In this document: piece by piece, positions 26,501 through 35,039 of the stretch
How positions within the stretch are numbered: the first letter of the stretch is position 1
Layout of the letters: the number at the start of each line of letters is the position of its first letter
DNA from: a virus
Direction: 5' to 3' (one strand)
Virus record (IMG/VR): IMGVR_UViG_3300045988_065473
Coordinates: 1 to 58,410 of that record
Length of the DNA stretch: 58,410 nt
Notes under the pieces: model-generated
The model's database searches: none
Seen by the model: the letters and a program-made list of their open reading frames with translations, nothing else
What the model was told of the DNA's origin: nothing
Program-made: the position numbers and the translations under genes

Positions 26501-27597
26501 CGCAGAACTGCCTTATCTGCCTGAGACAGACTAGAAACCTGCTTGTTAAAGCCCAAAGCAAGAAGCTCCTGCTGCAACCGCGCCTGAGACAAGTCAATGC
26601 CCAAACGGCGAATAGGCTCAATCTCGCCAGAGATCGCGGAGGACATTGCGGTAAAGGTTTCTGCAACGTCCTTGTTCCAATAGGAACCTTCGTCATAGGC
26701 AAGCTGAGTCAGGTTCTTAGACAGAATGTATGCCTTGTCGCTGGCAAGACCAAACGAAGTACCCAAGCTCTGGATAGTAGCCATGTAAGTCATCGCTTTG
26801 GTCGGGTCAACGCCAAGCAAACCCTGCATCTTGCTAATGAGCGTATCGGCTTCGCCGCTCAGATTGCCCATAGCATTATGAAACAAGTCTGTTGCTTCAT
26901 AGAAGTCGTTAAACTTCGCAACAGCGTTGCCAAGATACTCAGCAATGGCTTTCAGCGAGACCAGCTTTGCCATGTTCCGCATAAAGCCGTTCATCTGATT
27001 GGACAGGCTGAGATAGCTCTTGCGCTGCTTTTCGTTGGCAGCAGTCACACGGTTAGCATGTGTCACAACCTTGCTCAACTGCGGGGGGAGCTTTGCAAAG
27101 GCGTTGCCTACTTTGTCAAGCTGAGATGCAAGGGGAGTGAGCGAGGTGGAGATGCTATCACAAGCAGTCTTGAACTTATTGAGCGTGTCTGCATCCAACT
27201 TATCATTGATAGATGGGATTTTAGCAATGGCGTTCATTGCACTGCCAACCGCTTTCAATCCAGAAGCATCAAGGTTCTGCAAGGGCTGTAATTCGCTTTT
27301 CAACGATTCCAGCTTTGCGCTTAAACCAGTAAAATCAATTCCAGAAACATCAATGTTTGACATCTTTTCGATGTTCTTAAAAATAGAACCAATGCCTTTG
27401 GATGCAGACTTCAGCCCAGCGATAGAACCAGCTAGTTTATCAAGGCTATCGCAGACGGCAGAAACATTGCCCTTAGAACGAAGATTGGCGATAGCGTTAG
27501 CCAATTTATTGATGTTAAGCTCTGCACCCTGCGATTCCGCAGAAATCTCTACGGATAAGCTCGTAATATCAACATCAGCCATCACTACCACCATCAC
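23527..27597 (-). CDS. Tail tape measure protein
   Basis: About 1350 aa with helical repeats and a central Gly/Ala-rich TM cluster, after the G/G-T chaperones. The true start may be the ATG at 27582. Confidence 0.9.
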   Translation of the reverse strand: MMVVVMADVDITSLSVEISAESQGAELNINKLANAIANLRSKGNVSAVCDSLDKLAGSIAGLKSASKGIGSIFKNIEKMSNIDVSGIDFTGLSAKLESLKSELQPLQNLDASGLKAVGSAMNAIAKIPSINDKLDADTLNKFKTACDSISTSLTPLASQLDKVGNAFAKLPPQLSKVVTHANRVTAANEKQRKSYLSLSNQMNGFMRNMAKLVSLKAIAEYLGNAVAKFNDFYEATDLFHNAMGNLSGEADTLISKMQGLLGVDPTKAMTYMATIQSLGTSFGLASDKAYILSKNLTQLAYDEGSYWNKDVAETFTAMSSAISGEIEPIRRLGIDLSQARLQQELLALGFNKQVSSLSQADKAVLRYIAIMKQTANVQGNLAQTIQSPANQIKILKAQLDMLAKSVGSLLYPAMKSILPPLIAAVQLIREFVEWVAKLMGVKVVFTDFTKSADSVGGIGDAMDNTTDSTKKAAKALKDYTMGFDELNIIDPTQGSSGSGSGASAGNILGDVDLSGYDMFKEYVGNTVDAIKKKFEEWKDIIAVIGAMLAALGIAKLLTDIGNAISKLGLFQKIALSIATILIEAKLVFDFSKDYASTGNPIDLVGEILSAAFGSFILWKAIGADGITLGMGVAFVASLAGLTYALASGKANANDASVWIQSILTTTFGSIAGITLLTNLGMGGVAAAGISIGLSGLITLVGMAYSGVKGGSIKVGDYIDAILTILSGAAGGIAGVSIALAAGAAAPVAGAALIAGIGIGVVLEQVGVTFAVKDRIKEIEDYLKRYEDAGYTTLAIHYRLKNLGFSDNEINMAEQGIDSTFEIFRYTFNEKLEALNEWWSQKWEGFKENIGKSWDSLKNFAANYWENNSLIHGLIEQTKQNIADLKETLGTIRKAFDQKVKDIEESAANAGRAAAEWVNGVLDKFRKKRDEFFNAGKNLIQGFIDGIKNLKEQAISSVTSIATSAVDKFKSLLGIHSPSTVFAEIGGYIDQGLANGITSAISYVATAMQSVVNAVQEKGNALISAGSAQATNYVAGFLNGLDTQWQQIDSSLQNDFLGSMQTLGTAIEKGDLQSLGKWAASYFYHAMDDEQRAQIKSIAENSLTWLTSNLSGVWNNIAGMASSFIGQLVPSTVAATTAQTGLNIAMDANPILFVVSLIAMLAGALLNLAGTNSDVAGGISSVWGGLKDFMSYIFEGIVRLLGTFVQGFINGVNIMIGAYNLVAQLWGGQIDYIKNPLFEYADKIAAARENSSSVDSLASGNLDYSSVPGTSEYEQASGSGSYSSSSYTRSAELTPSELRDAVKEGFVSALQESGFGDTDNGNFTVRVYLDGKEITSAVEKRQSDRGMSLMGTEAYSY

Positions 27598-28009
27598 TTT
27601 CCATCATAGAGAACATCATTCTCTTGATTCGCTCCTGCGCCTCAACTGCGCGTTGGTATTCATACTCGTCTTTCTCCTTTTGAGTAAGGGGAATCGGTCT
27701 ATCCATGTACTTGATGGGGCTAGACCCTTTCTTTCGGAACATATTGCCAACCGTAGAGGAAAGCGCAGATGCCATGTAAAAGCCATTTCTCCACGCTTCA
27801 GCATTGGCTCTGCGTTCCCGCAGCTCCTCTGCGTCACGGTAGACCTTCGCCAGCCAGACATCGCCGTGCCAGAACTGGTCGTAGGTCATGCCGATGGAAA
27901 TGTAATAGGCTTCTACATCGTGGAACAGCTTGGAGAAGGAGAATGGCTCCACCTCTCCGTCTGCTTCCTGAGATTGTGCGGTTACACAATCTCCCACGTT
28001 GCGTTTTTT
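27575..28009 (-). CDS. gpT-like -1 frame extension of the tail chaperone (G-T fusion)
   Basis: The -1 frame is open from the slippery site to 27575. No independent RBS. Confidence 0.7.
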   Translation of the reverse strand, partial: KKRNVGDCVTAQSQEADGEVEPFSFSKLFHDVEAYYISIGMTYDQFWHGDVWLAKVYRDAEELRERRANAEAWRNGFYMASALSSTVGNMFRKKGSSPIKYMDRPIPLTQKEKDEYEYQRAVEAQERIKRMMFSMMESDGGSDG

Positions 28010-28329
28010 GCGGTCTTGTCCTCAGTGTCAGTTGCCAGCAGGGACTTGGAAGCGTCCATGAACATCTCAAGCAGAATGCCCATCAGATCTTCCTTCTCCT
28101 CGATGTGCTGGAACATTTCGTCCACGACCTTGCGCTTGATGCCCTTGTTCCGTGCGATGAAAGCGCCGTAGAACAGGGCACGGGAGTTGGACAGCAGATT
28201 GGTCATCTGGGTGTACTGGCCAATCTGAAAACCTGCACGCTCGGTGGCTTCCACGCTGTCACGGGTGAAGGTCAGCTCGTAAGTGTTCTTGCCATCGGGG
28301 GAATGAAAGTTGATAACCTTAGCAGCCAT
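27982..28329 (-). CDS. Tail assembly chaperone (gpG-like)
   Basis: 115 aa, between the major tail protein and the tape measure. Confidence 0.75.
   Translation of the reverse strand: MAAKVINFHSPDGKNTYELTFTRDSVEATERAGFQIGQYTQMTNLLSNSRALFYGAFIARNKGIKRKVVDEMFQHIEEKEDLMGILLEMFMDASKSLLATDTEDKTAKNATWEIV
28003..28009 (-). other. Programmed -1 frameshift slippery heptamer A_AAA_AAC
   Basis: The minus strand reads ACC GCA AAA AAC GCA, 6 codons before the gpG stop. Confidence 0.75.
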
Positions 28330-28413
28330 AATAAATGCTCTCCTTTATAAATAGGGGCAGAACCAAATCCGTTGTTCAGTTCTGCCCGGTTTGATTGATT
28401 CGATTTTTGCGGT

Positions 28414-28851
28414 TTAGCCGCCAGTGACAGTCAGGGTCTCGCTGAACTCAGGCTTCTTGGAGAAGATGCAGTTGATGGTCATTTCCACAACCTCATCCAC
28501 GCCGAAGCCGGACAGGCCAACTTGGTGCATACCCTGCCAAGAGAAGCCGGAACCGTCCTGCATCTTCAGGGCGTAATACTTTACGGCGTTGCTCTCGGAA
28601 GTCTCATCGTAGCCAGCCGCCTTGACTTTCGCATAGTCAGTCTTGTTGTAGTTGGCAGTGAAAGACTTGGTGTCGCTCTGGTTGATGCCAAAGATGTTGA
28701 CCTGCATAGGGTCAGACAAGGTAGTGGCATCCAGAAGGTTCGGCTCGGAGATCAGGTCGGGCACATCCTTGATGTCGCACAGCTTCGTCAGAGCGGTTGC
28801 GCTGTCGCCACAATACAGGGTGGTATTCAGACCGGAGATAGCAGTACTCAT
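28414..28851 (-). CDS. Major tail protein
   Basis: 145 aa, upstream of the chaperone pair. Confidence 0.7.
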   Translation of the reverse strand: MSTAISGLNTTLYCGDSATALTKLCDIKDVPDLISEPNLLDATTLSDPMQVNIFGINQSDTKSFTANYNKTDYAKVKAAGYDETSESNAVKYYALKMQDGSGFSWQGMHQVGLSGFGVDEVVEMTINCIFSKKPEFSETLTVTGG

Positions 28852-28866
28852 AGAATGTTTACCTCC

Positions 28867-29268
28867 TTAGTTTCGGTAAATCATTCCGTCCTCTCCGATT
28901 GTTGCCCCATAGCTGCAATCAATCCGATAGACGGAATTGTTGTACAGCCCATTCAACGGGGCAAACGACTTGCGATAAAAATTAAGCGGTTCAAGAACAG
29001 AATCCACGATGCCAACGATGGAACGTGCTTCTGCAATGCGCCCGGTGTTCTTGTTGGAGTAAACGCGCACACGCAAGGAAACGGCGGCGTATTTGCTGTG
29101 ACCGGCAGAATCAATATGTACAGGAAGATTGCTGTTTTCCTCTATCTGTACACACGGAAACTTTTTGACATTGCTGTCATTGATTTCACCAGTGACGAAA
29201 ATGCCGGGCACTTGCTTTCGCAGTTCTTTAGCAACAGCCGTGAAGATAGAATTGAAATAATCGATCAA
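28867..29268 (-). CDS. Tail terminator / tail completion protein
   Basis: Synteny between the gp10-like gene and the major tail protein. Confidence 0.5.
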   Translation of the reverse strand: MIDYFNSIFTAVAKELRKQVPGIFVTGEINDSNVKKFPCVQIEENSNLPVHIDSAGHSKYAAVSLRVRVYSNKNTGRIAEARSIVGIVDSVLEPLNFYRKSFAPLNGLYNNSVYRIDCSYGATIGEDGMIYRN

Positions 29269-29786
29269 CTATTCCAAACCTCCCTCCACGTTGCTTCGAC
29301 TTGAGAAGCCATTTCCTCAACAGCTCCCCACATAGCCATAGCTGGCTCGTTACCATCGGTGTAATTCAACTGACCTTTGCCATCCACCTGTTTGACAGGC
29401 GTACCGGCATTGCCGGATTCGCCGTAGTAGTACCATCTGCGGTTTGCGCCTTGCCCTTTGCCGTAGGAGCCATGCGCACCAACACCGGGCGGCAACTCAC
29501 CGCTATATCCGTTGTGATGTGCGCCAGTGCCAAACTCGATAAAGGCAACCGCCTTGCCCTCTGCAACGATGGTACAAGTCTTGTCTTTTTGGTTAATATG
29601 GCATTTCACGTCATTGGAGCCAGAATATTTCGCATTGGCAAAACGCACCTTTGCAACTTCAAGCCCCAACCACGAAAGGCGAAAAGCAAGCGCTCTAGCC
29701 TTTCTGTTCAGGGTGGTCTTGTATTTGAGAATATCTTTCTCAGCCTGTTTAAGTCCGGCATCGCTCAACCTCACCTTAATTTTCAC
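29265..29786 (-). CDS. HK97 gp10-like head-tail joining protein
   Basis: N-terminus MKIKVRLSDAGLKQAEKDI... and synteny. Confidence 0.55.
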   Translation of the reverse strand: MKIKVRLSDAGLKQAEKDILKYKTTLNRKARALAFRLSWLGLEVAKVRFANAKYSGSNDVKCHINQKDKTCTIVAEGKAVAFIEFGTGAHHNGYSGELPPGVGAHGSYGKGQGANRRWYYYGESGNAGTPVKQVDGKGQLNYTDGNEPAMAMWGAVEEMASQVEATWREVWNS

Positions 29787-30153
29787 TTGCAGCCACCTCT
29801 TTCAGCGCATATAACGTGTCCGTGATGTGCTTTGCGACCTTGACCACAGTGTAATTGAAGGGCTTTGAAACGTCCGTCTGAAACCAGACGTGCGTACCTT
29901 CATAAAGCGGTGTGTTGCGCTTTTTGCTGGACGAGCTGACAACGTAGCTGTAATCTGTGAACGCTCCAAAAGGGTTTGCTTCCGCAGAACCAGTAGGGGG
30001 GCTGATGTTCAGCATCAGCTTTGCGGGTTCACTCCACGATTTGTATGCGGATTCGCCAGTCTCGTTGCCACATTCGTCTACGACAGGCGTTTTCTCGCCA
30101 ACAGGGTTCGAGTACCACAGCGGACGCTTATCCAGCGGGCTTCCATTGAACAT
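29776..30153 (-). CDS. Head closure / head-tail adaptor
   Basis: Synteny. Confidence 0.5.
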   Translation of the reverse strand: MFNGSPLDKRPLWYSNPVGEKTPVVDECGNETGESAYKSWSEPAKLMLNISPPTGSAEANPFGAFTDYSYVVSSSSKKRNTPLYEGTHVWFQTDVSKPFNYTVVKVAKHITDTLYALKEVAASEN

Positions 30154-30497
30154 CAGCCGATAACACCTACTCTCGGAACCACTTCATTTAACAGGGACTG
30201 CGCCACATCAGAGCTTTCCCAAACACGAGTAATGCCATTGTTGGTGTAGCTCGTCTGTCCATTTGCACCGATGTGGTTGTACAGTTCCGCTGCAATGCGT
30301 ATCTGCAACGACTGATACTGCAAGGGCAACTCGTCCGGTCTGTTGCCGAAAGGATAGCCCTGTGCAAATATCTTGTCTTTGGCGAAATCAAGCAGCAGGT
30401 CGAAGAGTGGGTAGTCCTCGTCCGTGATTTCACGGTCAAGTGCAGGGGCGATGTACTGCCCCAGCTTGACTGCCGCTTCGGAATACTGGTCTCCCAT
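30153..30497 (-). CDS. gp6-like head-tail connector
   Basis: Synteny directly after the capsid gene, 114 aa. Confidence 0.55.
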   Translation of the reverse strand: MGDQYSEAAVKLGQYIAPALDREITDEDYPLFDLLLDFAKDKIFAQGYPFGNRPDELPLQYQSLQIRIAAELYNHIGANGQTSYTNNGITRVWESSDVAQSLLNEVVPRVGVIG

Positions 30498-30517
30498 GCT
30501 GCTTTCCTCCTTTCGCC

Positions 30518-31585
30518 TTAGTAAGCCTTGATGCAGTACACAGCGTCCATCTTCTGGAAGGACGGCAGGACAATTTCGGATGCGATGATGTTGGTGTTTA
30601 CAGGGTGAGGTTCCTTAATGGTGGTGACAGCAACGCCATTGTTCACGATAGAAACAGAAGCATTCGTCAGACCAGCACGAAGGTCTGCTTCTTCGGGAGT
30701 AGTGCCATACCACATCTCGCCAACCTTACCATCGGGAACCAGAACAACATAACCGTCCGGGATGTACTTGACGGAATCACCGCCGCCTTCAGGCTGGTAC
30801 ATCTTGTCAAACAGATGAATCTTGATGTCGGTAGTCTGCTCAACCAGAGCGCGTGCTTCGCTCTGGGTAAGAACAGCAATAGACTTTGCCGTAACCGTCA
30901 TGAAACGGTTTTTCACCTCGTCAGAAGCAATCATCTTGTTCAGAGTGTTGGTGTTCATATAGGCGTGAGTGATGGTTTCGCCAACATTTGCAGCGATTGC
31001 ATCCTTCGCAGTGGCGAAATCGGTAAGGGGAGTAGAAGTGGTAACGTCCCACTTCGCCTTGCCGGTAAGAGCCTTGTAGTTCTTTGCCTGCCAAGTACCA
31101 TCCGGGTCGTAATCGTAGATGTAGTTCACGCCGTTCGCTTTGATGGTAATGCCGGGCTTGCCGTTCTCCGGGCAAAGCAGTTGCCATGCCATACGTTCAG
31201 GAACAATTCGAGCACCAGTAATCAGCTCTGCGGCATCATCGAAAATTCGGCTGATGATTTCCTCTGCAAAAGTGCTGTTGCTGTTCTGAATCTCCATCAA
31301 CATCTGGCGGTCTTTCTCGTCGATGTGGAAGCCCTCACGGAAGAACGGCATCTCGGTTTCAGACATCTTAAAGCCCTTGCGCTCACGGAAGGTCGCCTTC
31401 GTGTCAAATGCACTGGGCATCAGAGAAATACCAACGCCCTTGTGACCGCGAATCCACTTCAGTTCCAGACCGGCCTTCTTGCGCGGAGGAAACAGGGCAT
31501 CAGAGCCGAATGCTTGCGCGTTGGTAACATCATTCGTCCAATACTCAGCAATCGCATCGGAAGTGAAATATTTCTGAAAATTCAT
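30518..31585 (-). CDS. Major capsid protein (lambda gpE-like family)
   Basis: 355 aa. N-terminus ...ALFPPRKKAGLELKWIRG... resembles capsid protein E. Sits after the scaffold and decoration genes. Confidence 0.8.
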   Translation of the reverse strand: MNFQKYFTSDAIAEYWTNDVTNAQAFGSDALFPPRKKAGLELKWIRGHKGVGISLMPSAFDTKATFRERKGFKMSETEMPFFREGFHIDEKDRQMLMEIQNSNSTFAEEIISRIFDDAAELITGARIVPERMAWQLLCPENGKPGITIKANGVNYIYDYDPDGTWQAKNYKALTGKAKWDVTTSTPLTDFATAKDAIAANVGETITHAYMNTNTLNKMIASDEVKNRFMTVTAKSIAVLTQSEARALVEQTTDIKIHLFDKMYQPEGGGDSVKYIPDGYVVLVPDGKVGEMWYGTTPEEADLRAGLTNASVSIVNNGVAVTTIKEPHPVNTNIIASEIVLPSFQKMDAVYCIKAY

Positions 31586-31599
31586 GTTTTTTACCTCCG

Positions 31600-31971
31600 T
31601 TAAGCATTAGTGCCGATGTTGTCGCGGAAAAAGACTGCGGGAACAGCCTTATGCAAAGCGGCAACGTCATCAGCAGTAAAGGAAAAGCCAGAACTTGCCT
31701 TTGCCTTTTTCTGGTCAACAACGCCCTGAATAAGCAGTGCGCCGTTTGGGTTGACGGACGGGTCAACGGTGTGCAGCAGAATGCCAATCGCATCGGTAAC
31801 TGCTGCATCGGAAGTCCCAGTAGTAGCGGTAGCCTTTTTCCCGGTCTTTGCCATGGGATAGCCAGCCTTTACAACATCGGTTTCGGTCACAGTAAAGGGA
31901 ATGGCAACGTAGATATCAGCAGCCAGAATAGTGCTTTCAGGAGCCGATACCGGAGTAGTAGTATACTTCAT
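31600..31971 (-). CDS. Head decoration-like protein
   Basis: 123 aa, between the scaffold and capsid genes. Confidence 0.5.
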   Translation of the reverse strand: MKYTTTPVSAPESTILAADIYVAIPFTVTETDVVKAGYPMAKTGKKATATTGTSDAAVTDAIGILLHTVDPSVNPNGALLIQGVVDQKKAKASSGFSFTADDVAALHKAVPAVFFRDNIGTNA

Positions 31972-31981
31972 GTTTTCCTCC

Positions 31982-32563
31982 TTAATGGAAAGCGTTCATT
32001 GCGTCACTCGATGCCTTACTTGCGGCATTCTTGCTTGCGGCAAGGTTCTTGGCAAATGCCACGCCTTCGCTGTCAGAGACACCCTTACCATCCGCACCCG
32101 GAGGTGTGGGCATATCCTTCAGCAAGGAAGCCTTGTAAGCGGTGTCGTGGGCAGTCATAAACTCCGACTGGAACTTAAACACCTTGTCCATGTCACCGTC
32201 AGCCAGTGCAGATGCAGCCTTACCAGCCAGTTCAGCGTCATAACCCTGTGCAACGAATTTCTCACGGTAAGATGCAAGGGTCTTTTCCTTGACGAGGTTC
32301 TCTTTGTCGGCAGTCAGGGCTTCAATCTGCTTCTGCATTTCTGCCAGCTTGTCAGCCTGTTCCTGTGCGGCATTCTCGTCATCGGTACGCTTTGCCTTGA
32401 GCTGCTTCTTGTACTCAGCAGCTTCGCCGTTGGCTTTCGTCACGGCGTTGCGCAGCTTCTCGACCTCTGCGCTAGGGTCTGCAACCTTTTCAAGCGCAGA
32501 AATGATTTCATCGGCGGTCATGCCATCTTTGTAGGCATCACCAAGCAACGCTTTGTAGTTCAT
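31982..32563 (-). CDS. Scaffolding protein
   Basis: Coiled-coil, charged, after the portal gene. GGAGGAAAT RBS before the ATG at 32563. Confidence 0.7.
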   Translation of the reverse strand: MNYKALLGDAYKDGMTADEIISALEKVADPSAEVEKLRNAVTKANGEAAEYKKQLKAKRTDDENAAQEQADKLAEMQKQIEALTADKENLVKEKTLASYREKFVAQGYDAELAGKAASALADGDMDKVFKFQSEFMTAHDTAYKASLLKDMPTPPGADGKGVSDSEGVAFAKNLAASKNAASKASSDAMNAFH

Positions 32564-32655
32564 ATTGTTAATTTCCTCCTGCGTTTTTTTATCGTTGCTT
32601 CCCTGCAACGCTGCGAAATTTGTATCCCGACTTCCCTGCCGGAATATGCAAAGGG

Positions 32656-34164
32656 CTATTCGCCCTCTGTTTCTTTATTGATGCTGTCAGACTGTTCGTC
32701 CGATGTTTTGTTGGCTTCAACAACTTGTTCAGGCTGTTGTTCCTGCGGTTTCGGAGCTTTGCCGTCCTCGCCCAGCTTGCCAGCGGCAATCAGGAACGGC
32801 TTGCTCATTTCGTAAGCAGCCTGCGGGTCAGGGAACAGACCGGGCGTAGTGAATGCCAGCTGCGGGTCGATGGTCTGCTGCAACATTTGTACGAAAATCT
32901 GAACCTTGCTCTGCTGGTTGTCGTACTGGCGGCGGGGCAGTTTGATGTTGATGTCACTTGCCATCAGATTAGAACCAGCCGTATCACGCAGGATTTTCAG
33001 CATCACAGACAGGCTTTGGCGTTCCGAGAACTTGAACATATTCTCGTACTGCTGTGCCCTTGCTTCGGTGTGATTCCAGCCATTGCGGACGATGACCGCA
33101 CCCACGTTGTCGGATGTTGCGTTCTCACTACCAGTGGCACTAGGCATGGCAGTCAGACTACGGTACACGTTCAACATGGAATCAAGCAGGGTCTGGCTCT
33201 GCTGCTGGTCAAGTTCGTTTGCAATCTGAGAAACAGAAGCGGGCAGACCAGAAGTGGATTTCAAGCACATTGCGCCAAGCTCTTTTACTTGGTCAAGAGC
33301 ATCCTTGTCCACAAGACAGTTGGTAAACACCATGATGGACTGGATGAACTGCGCCACACCGTCCAAACGGTTGCTTTCAAGGTCGTTGATGGCATCCAGC
33401 ACAGGAATAGCCGGTTCAAACAGACCCATTCGCTCCGGGTTCAGCTTGTATTCAACCATCGGCAGCATTCCGAGAGAATGGTTCTCCGATTTCGTAACCT
33501 TGCCGTTGTCGATTTCAAAGTACTGGTTCGGCGTATATACGCAAATCAGGTCGTTCAGGTCATTCTGATAATTGCGTGGGATGTGCAGCACGTTGGCGAT
33601 GGGCTTGTGCCCGATGCCGGAGTTGTAAATCACATACGCCATGTCCGGGTCTGGAACATCCACCAGCAGGGGTGTTTCGTCCGGGTAGTTTCCGTTGTAC
33701 CCCTTGTCAGGAAGAACGATGCGGTATCCCTGTCCGCACTCCAACATCCACTGCCAGAGCCGCCGATCAAGCGCATCCTTGCCCTCATACTGCAAAGCAT
33801 TGGACAAACGGGCGATTTCCTCACCGTCACCAGTTGCCGTTTCAGACCGCACATAAGAGCAAGGAGTGCCGCTCATGTAACCTGTGTAGAAGCCCACGCA
33901 CTCATTGGCGTGGTTCTCTACAATGCGATTGGTGATTTCAGCGTGGTACTCCTTCGTGCGCTGGAGGACAGGCTGGCTACCCAAGTAGTAGTTGTGCAAA
34001 AAGCGAATCTCATTCTTGTTCAGCAGATGAATAGGCTCTGCCTTGCCAGTGACCACTTTCAGCACGTTCGTCTGATTGATTTCCGTCTCCGGCGTTTCAA
34101 TCGGTCTGCGTCCAGTCAGAGGCTCATTCAAAAAGCCGTCAACAACTATCTGATACTTAGCCAT
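32656..34164 (-). CDS. Portal protein
   Basis: 502 aa. Position and size fit an SPP1 gp6-like portal. Confidence 0.8.
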   Translation of the reverse strand: MAKYQIVVDGFLNEPLTGRRPIETPETEINQTNVLKVVTGKAEPIHLLNKNEIRFLHNYYLGSQPVLQRTKEYHAEITNRIVENHANECVGFYTGYMSGTPCSYVRSETATGDGEEIARLSNALQYEGKDALDRRLWQWMLECGQGYRIVLPDKGYNGNYPDETPLLVDVPDPDMAYVIYNSGIGHKPIANVLHIPRNYQNDLNDLICVYTPNQYFEIDNGKVTKSENHSLGMLPMVEYKLNPERMGLFEPAIPVLDAINDLESNRLDGVAQFIQSIMVFTNCLVDKDALDQVKELGAMCLKSTSGLPASVSQIANELDQQQSQTLLDSMLNVYRSLTAMPSATGSENATSDNVGAVIVRNGWNHTEARAQQYENMFKFSERQSLSVMLKILRDTAGSNLMASDINIKLPRRQYDNQQSKVQIFVQMLQQTIDPQLAFTTPGLFPDPQAAYEMSKPFLIAAGKLGEDGKAPKPQEQQPEQVVEANKTSDEQSDSINKETEGE

Positions 34165-34255
34165 GTTGTCCTCCTTTCCGGCAAAATAAAAAGCGCAGCA
34201 AGACAGACCTGTTAAGGTCTATCTCACTGCGCCAAAACTGCGCTTCAAAAGCTAT

Positions 34256-34438
34256 TTACTTTTCCGGTGGATGGATGATTTTCACCCATCCTTCCCTTGT
34301 GTCTCCTTCGATAACGCCCTTGCATCTGTCGCACTTGAAATGGTATCGTCCGTCCACTTCGCCAAGATATCGGTTGCAGCGGACATTCTTATAGATAGGG
34401 TTCTGCCGGATACAAGGGCAACAGATTCTAACTAGCAT
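34256..34438 (-). CDS. Small zinc-ribbon protein
   Basis: CCPC...C...CDRC motifs. AAAGGAG RBS. Confidence 0.6.
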   Translation of the reverse strand: MLVRICCPCIRQNPIYKNVRCNRYLGEVDGRYHFKCDRCKGVIEGDTREGWVKIIHPPEK

Positions 34439-34787
34439 GAGCGCTCCTTTCGCTGGATTTCTGGAAACAGGCTGTTAAGCACAGACCTGTCGGAAGCTAC
34501 CGGGAAACTGTTCGCGCTTCCGGTTACGCTAGTTAGTTGTCGGGACTAACAACGTAGTTTTCCCGCCTAAAAGAAAACCACAAATGGTCACAGATTTCGG
34601 ATTTGCACCAATGCCTACGTCTTTCGACGTGCAGCTGCCTGACCGCTGCAATCTGTGATAAACCCGGATTAATTGAAGCCGTTGCTCTTTGCAATGTGAA
34701 AAATCTAAAGACATTGCATCGAGAGCCGGGAATAACGGAAGAGGTAGTTTCAGGAGAATATCCCATGCAAAGCAAGAGAATCGTTGT

Positions 34788-34871
34788 GCTGCGTGGTGGG
34801 TTTGAACCACCGATTGCTGGCATTGTTAAGCATTGGGGGCACCAGCATTCTCATCCGGTAGAGAACGCAAC
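34788..34871 (-). ncRNA. tRNA-like RNA: canonical acceptor, D and T arms but a 21-nt anticodon loop
   Basis: Hand fold: GTTGCGT/ACGCAGC 7-bp acceptor (one G-U), U8, D loop with GG, GCTGG/CCAGC stem, GGTGG-TTCAAAC-CCACC T arm, discriminator A, no encoded CCA. Confidence 0.6.
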
Positions 34872-34875
34872 TCAT

Positions 34876-34910
34876 AGAAACCTGTGACGAAGAGCGACCG
34901 TCGCCACAGG
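34876..34910 (-). terminator. Hairpin plus U-tract just upstream of the tRNA-like gene
   Basis: The minus strand reads CCTGTG-(GCGAcggTCGC...)-CACAGG TTTCT. Confidence 0.5.
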
Positions 34911-35009
34911 AAAGAAAGGAGTGGTATTCACACAATGAAGGGCCGATGAGCAAAATGACAAAATCTCATCAGAAGAATACCTGACGGAAGTAGCAAGCTT
35001 CCTGCTTAT

Positions 35010-35039
35010 ATTGTAAAGCAAAATATAATCGAAAATCAA
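35010..35039 (-). promoter_or_regulatory. Sigma-70-like promoter downstream of terL
   Basis: The minus strand reads TTGATT, 18 nt, TACAAT. Confidence 0.45.

Noticed and set aside
34821-34841. Reading the 21-nt loop of the tRNA-like RNA as anticodon loop plus a 14-nt archaeal-type intron, or as a suppressor tRNA.
   Set aside because: No prefix-plus-suffix split of the loop gives U33 and a purine at 37. No bulge-helix-bulge can be drawn. CTTAACA (anticodon UAA, C37) is the only loop-like heptamer, and its flanks do not pair. No CUA anticodon is present to match the in-frame TAG at 49702.
34965-34972. CUGAUGAG, a hammerhead-ribozyme core-like motif, on the minus strand.
   Set aside because: The helix that follows is not succeeded by the obligatory GAAA core element, and no cleavage-site helix III can be drawn. 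It is most simply one arm of a GATGAG/CTCATC hairpin.
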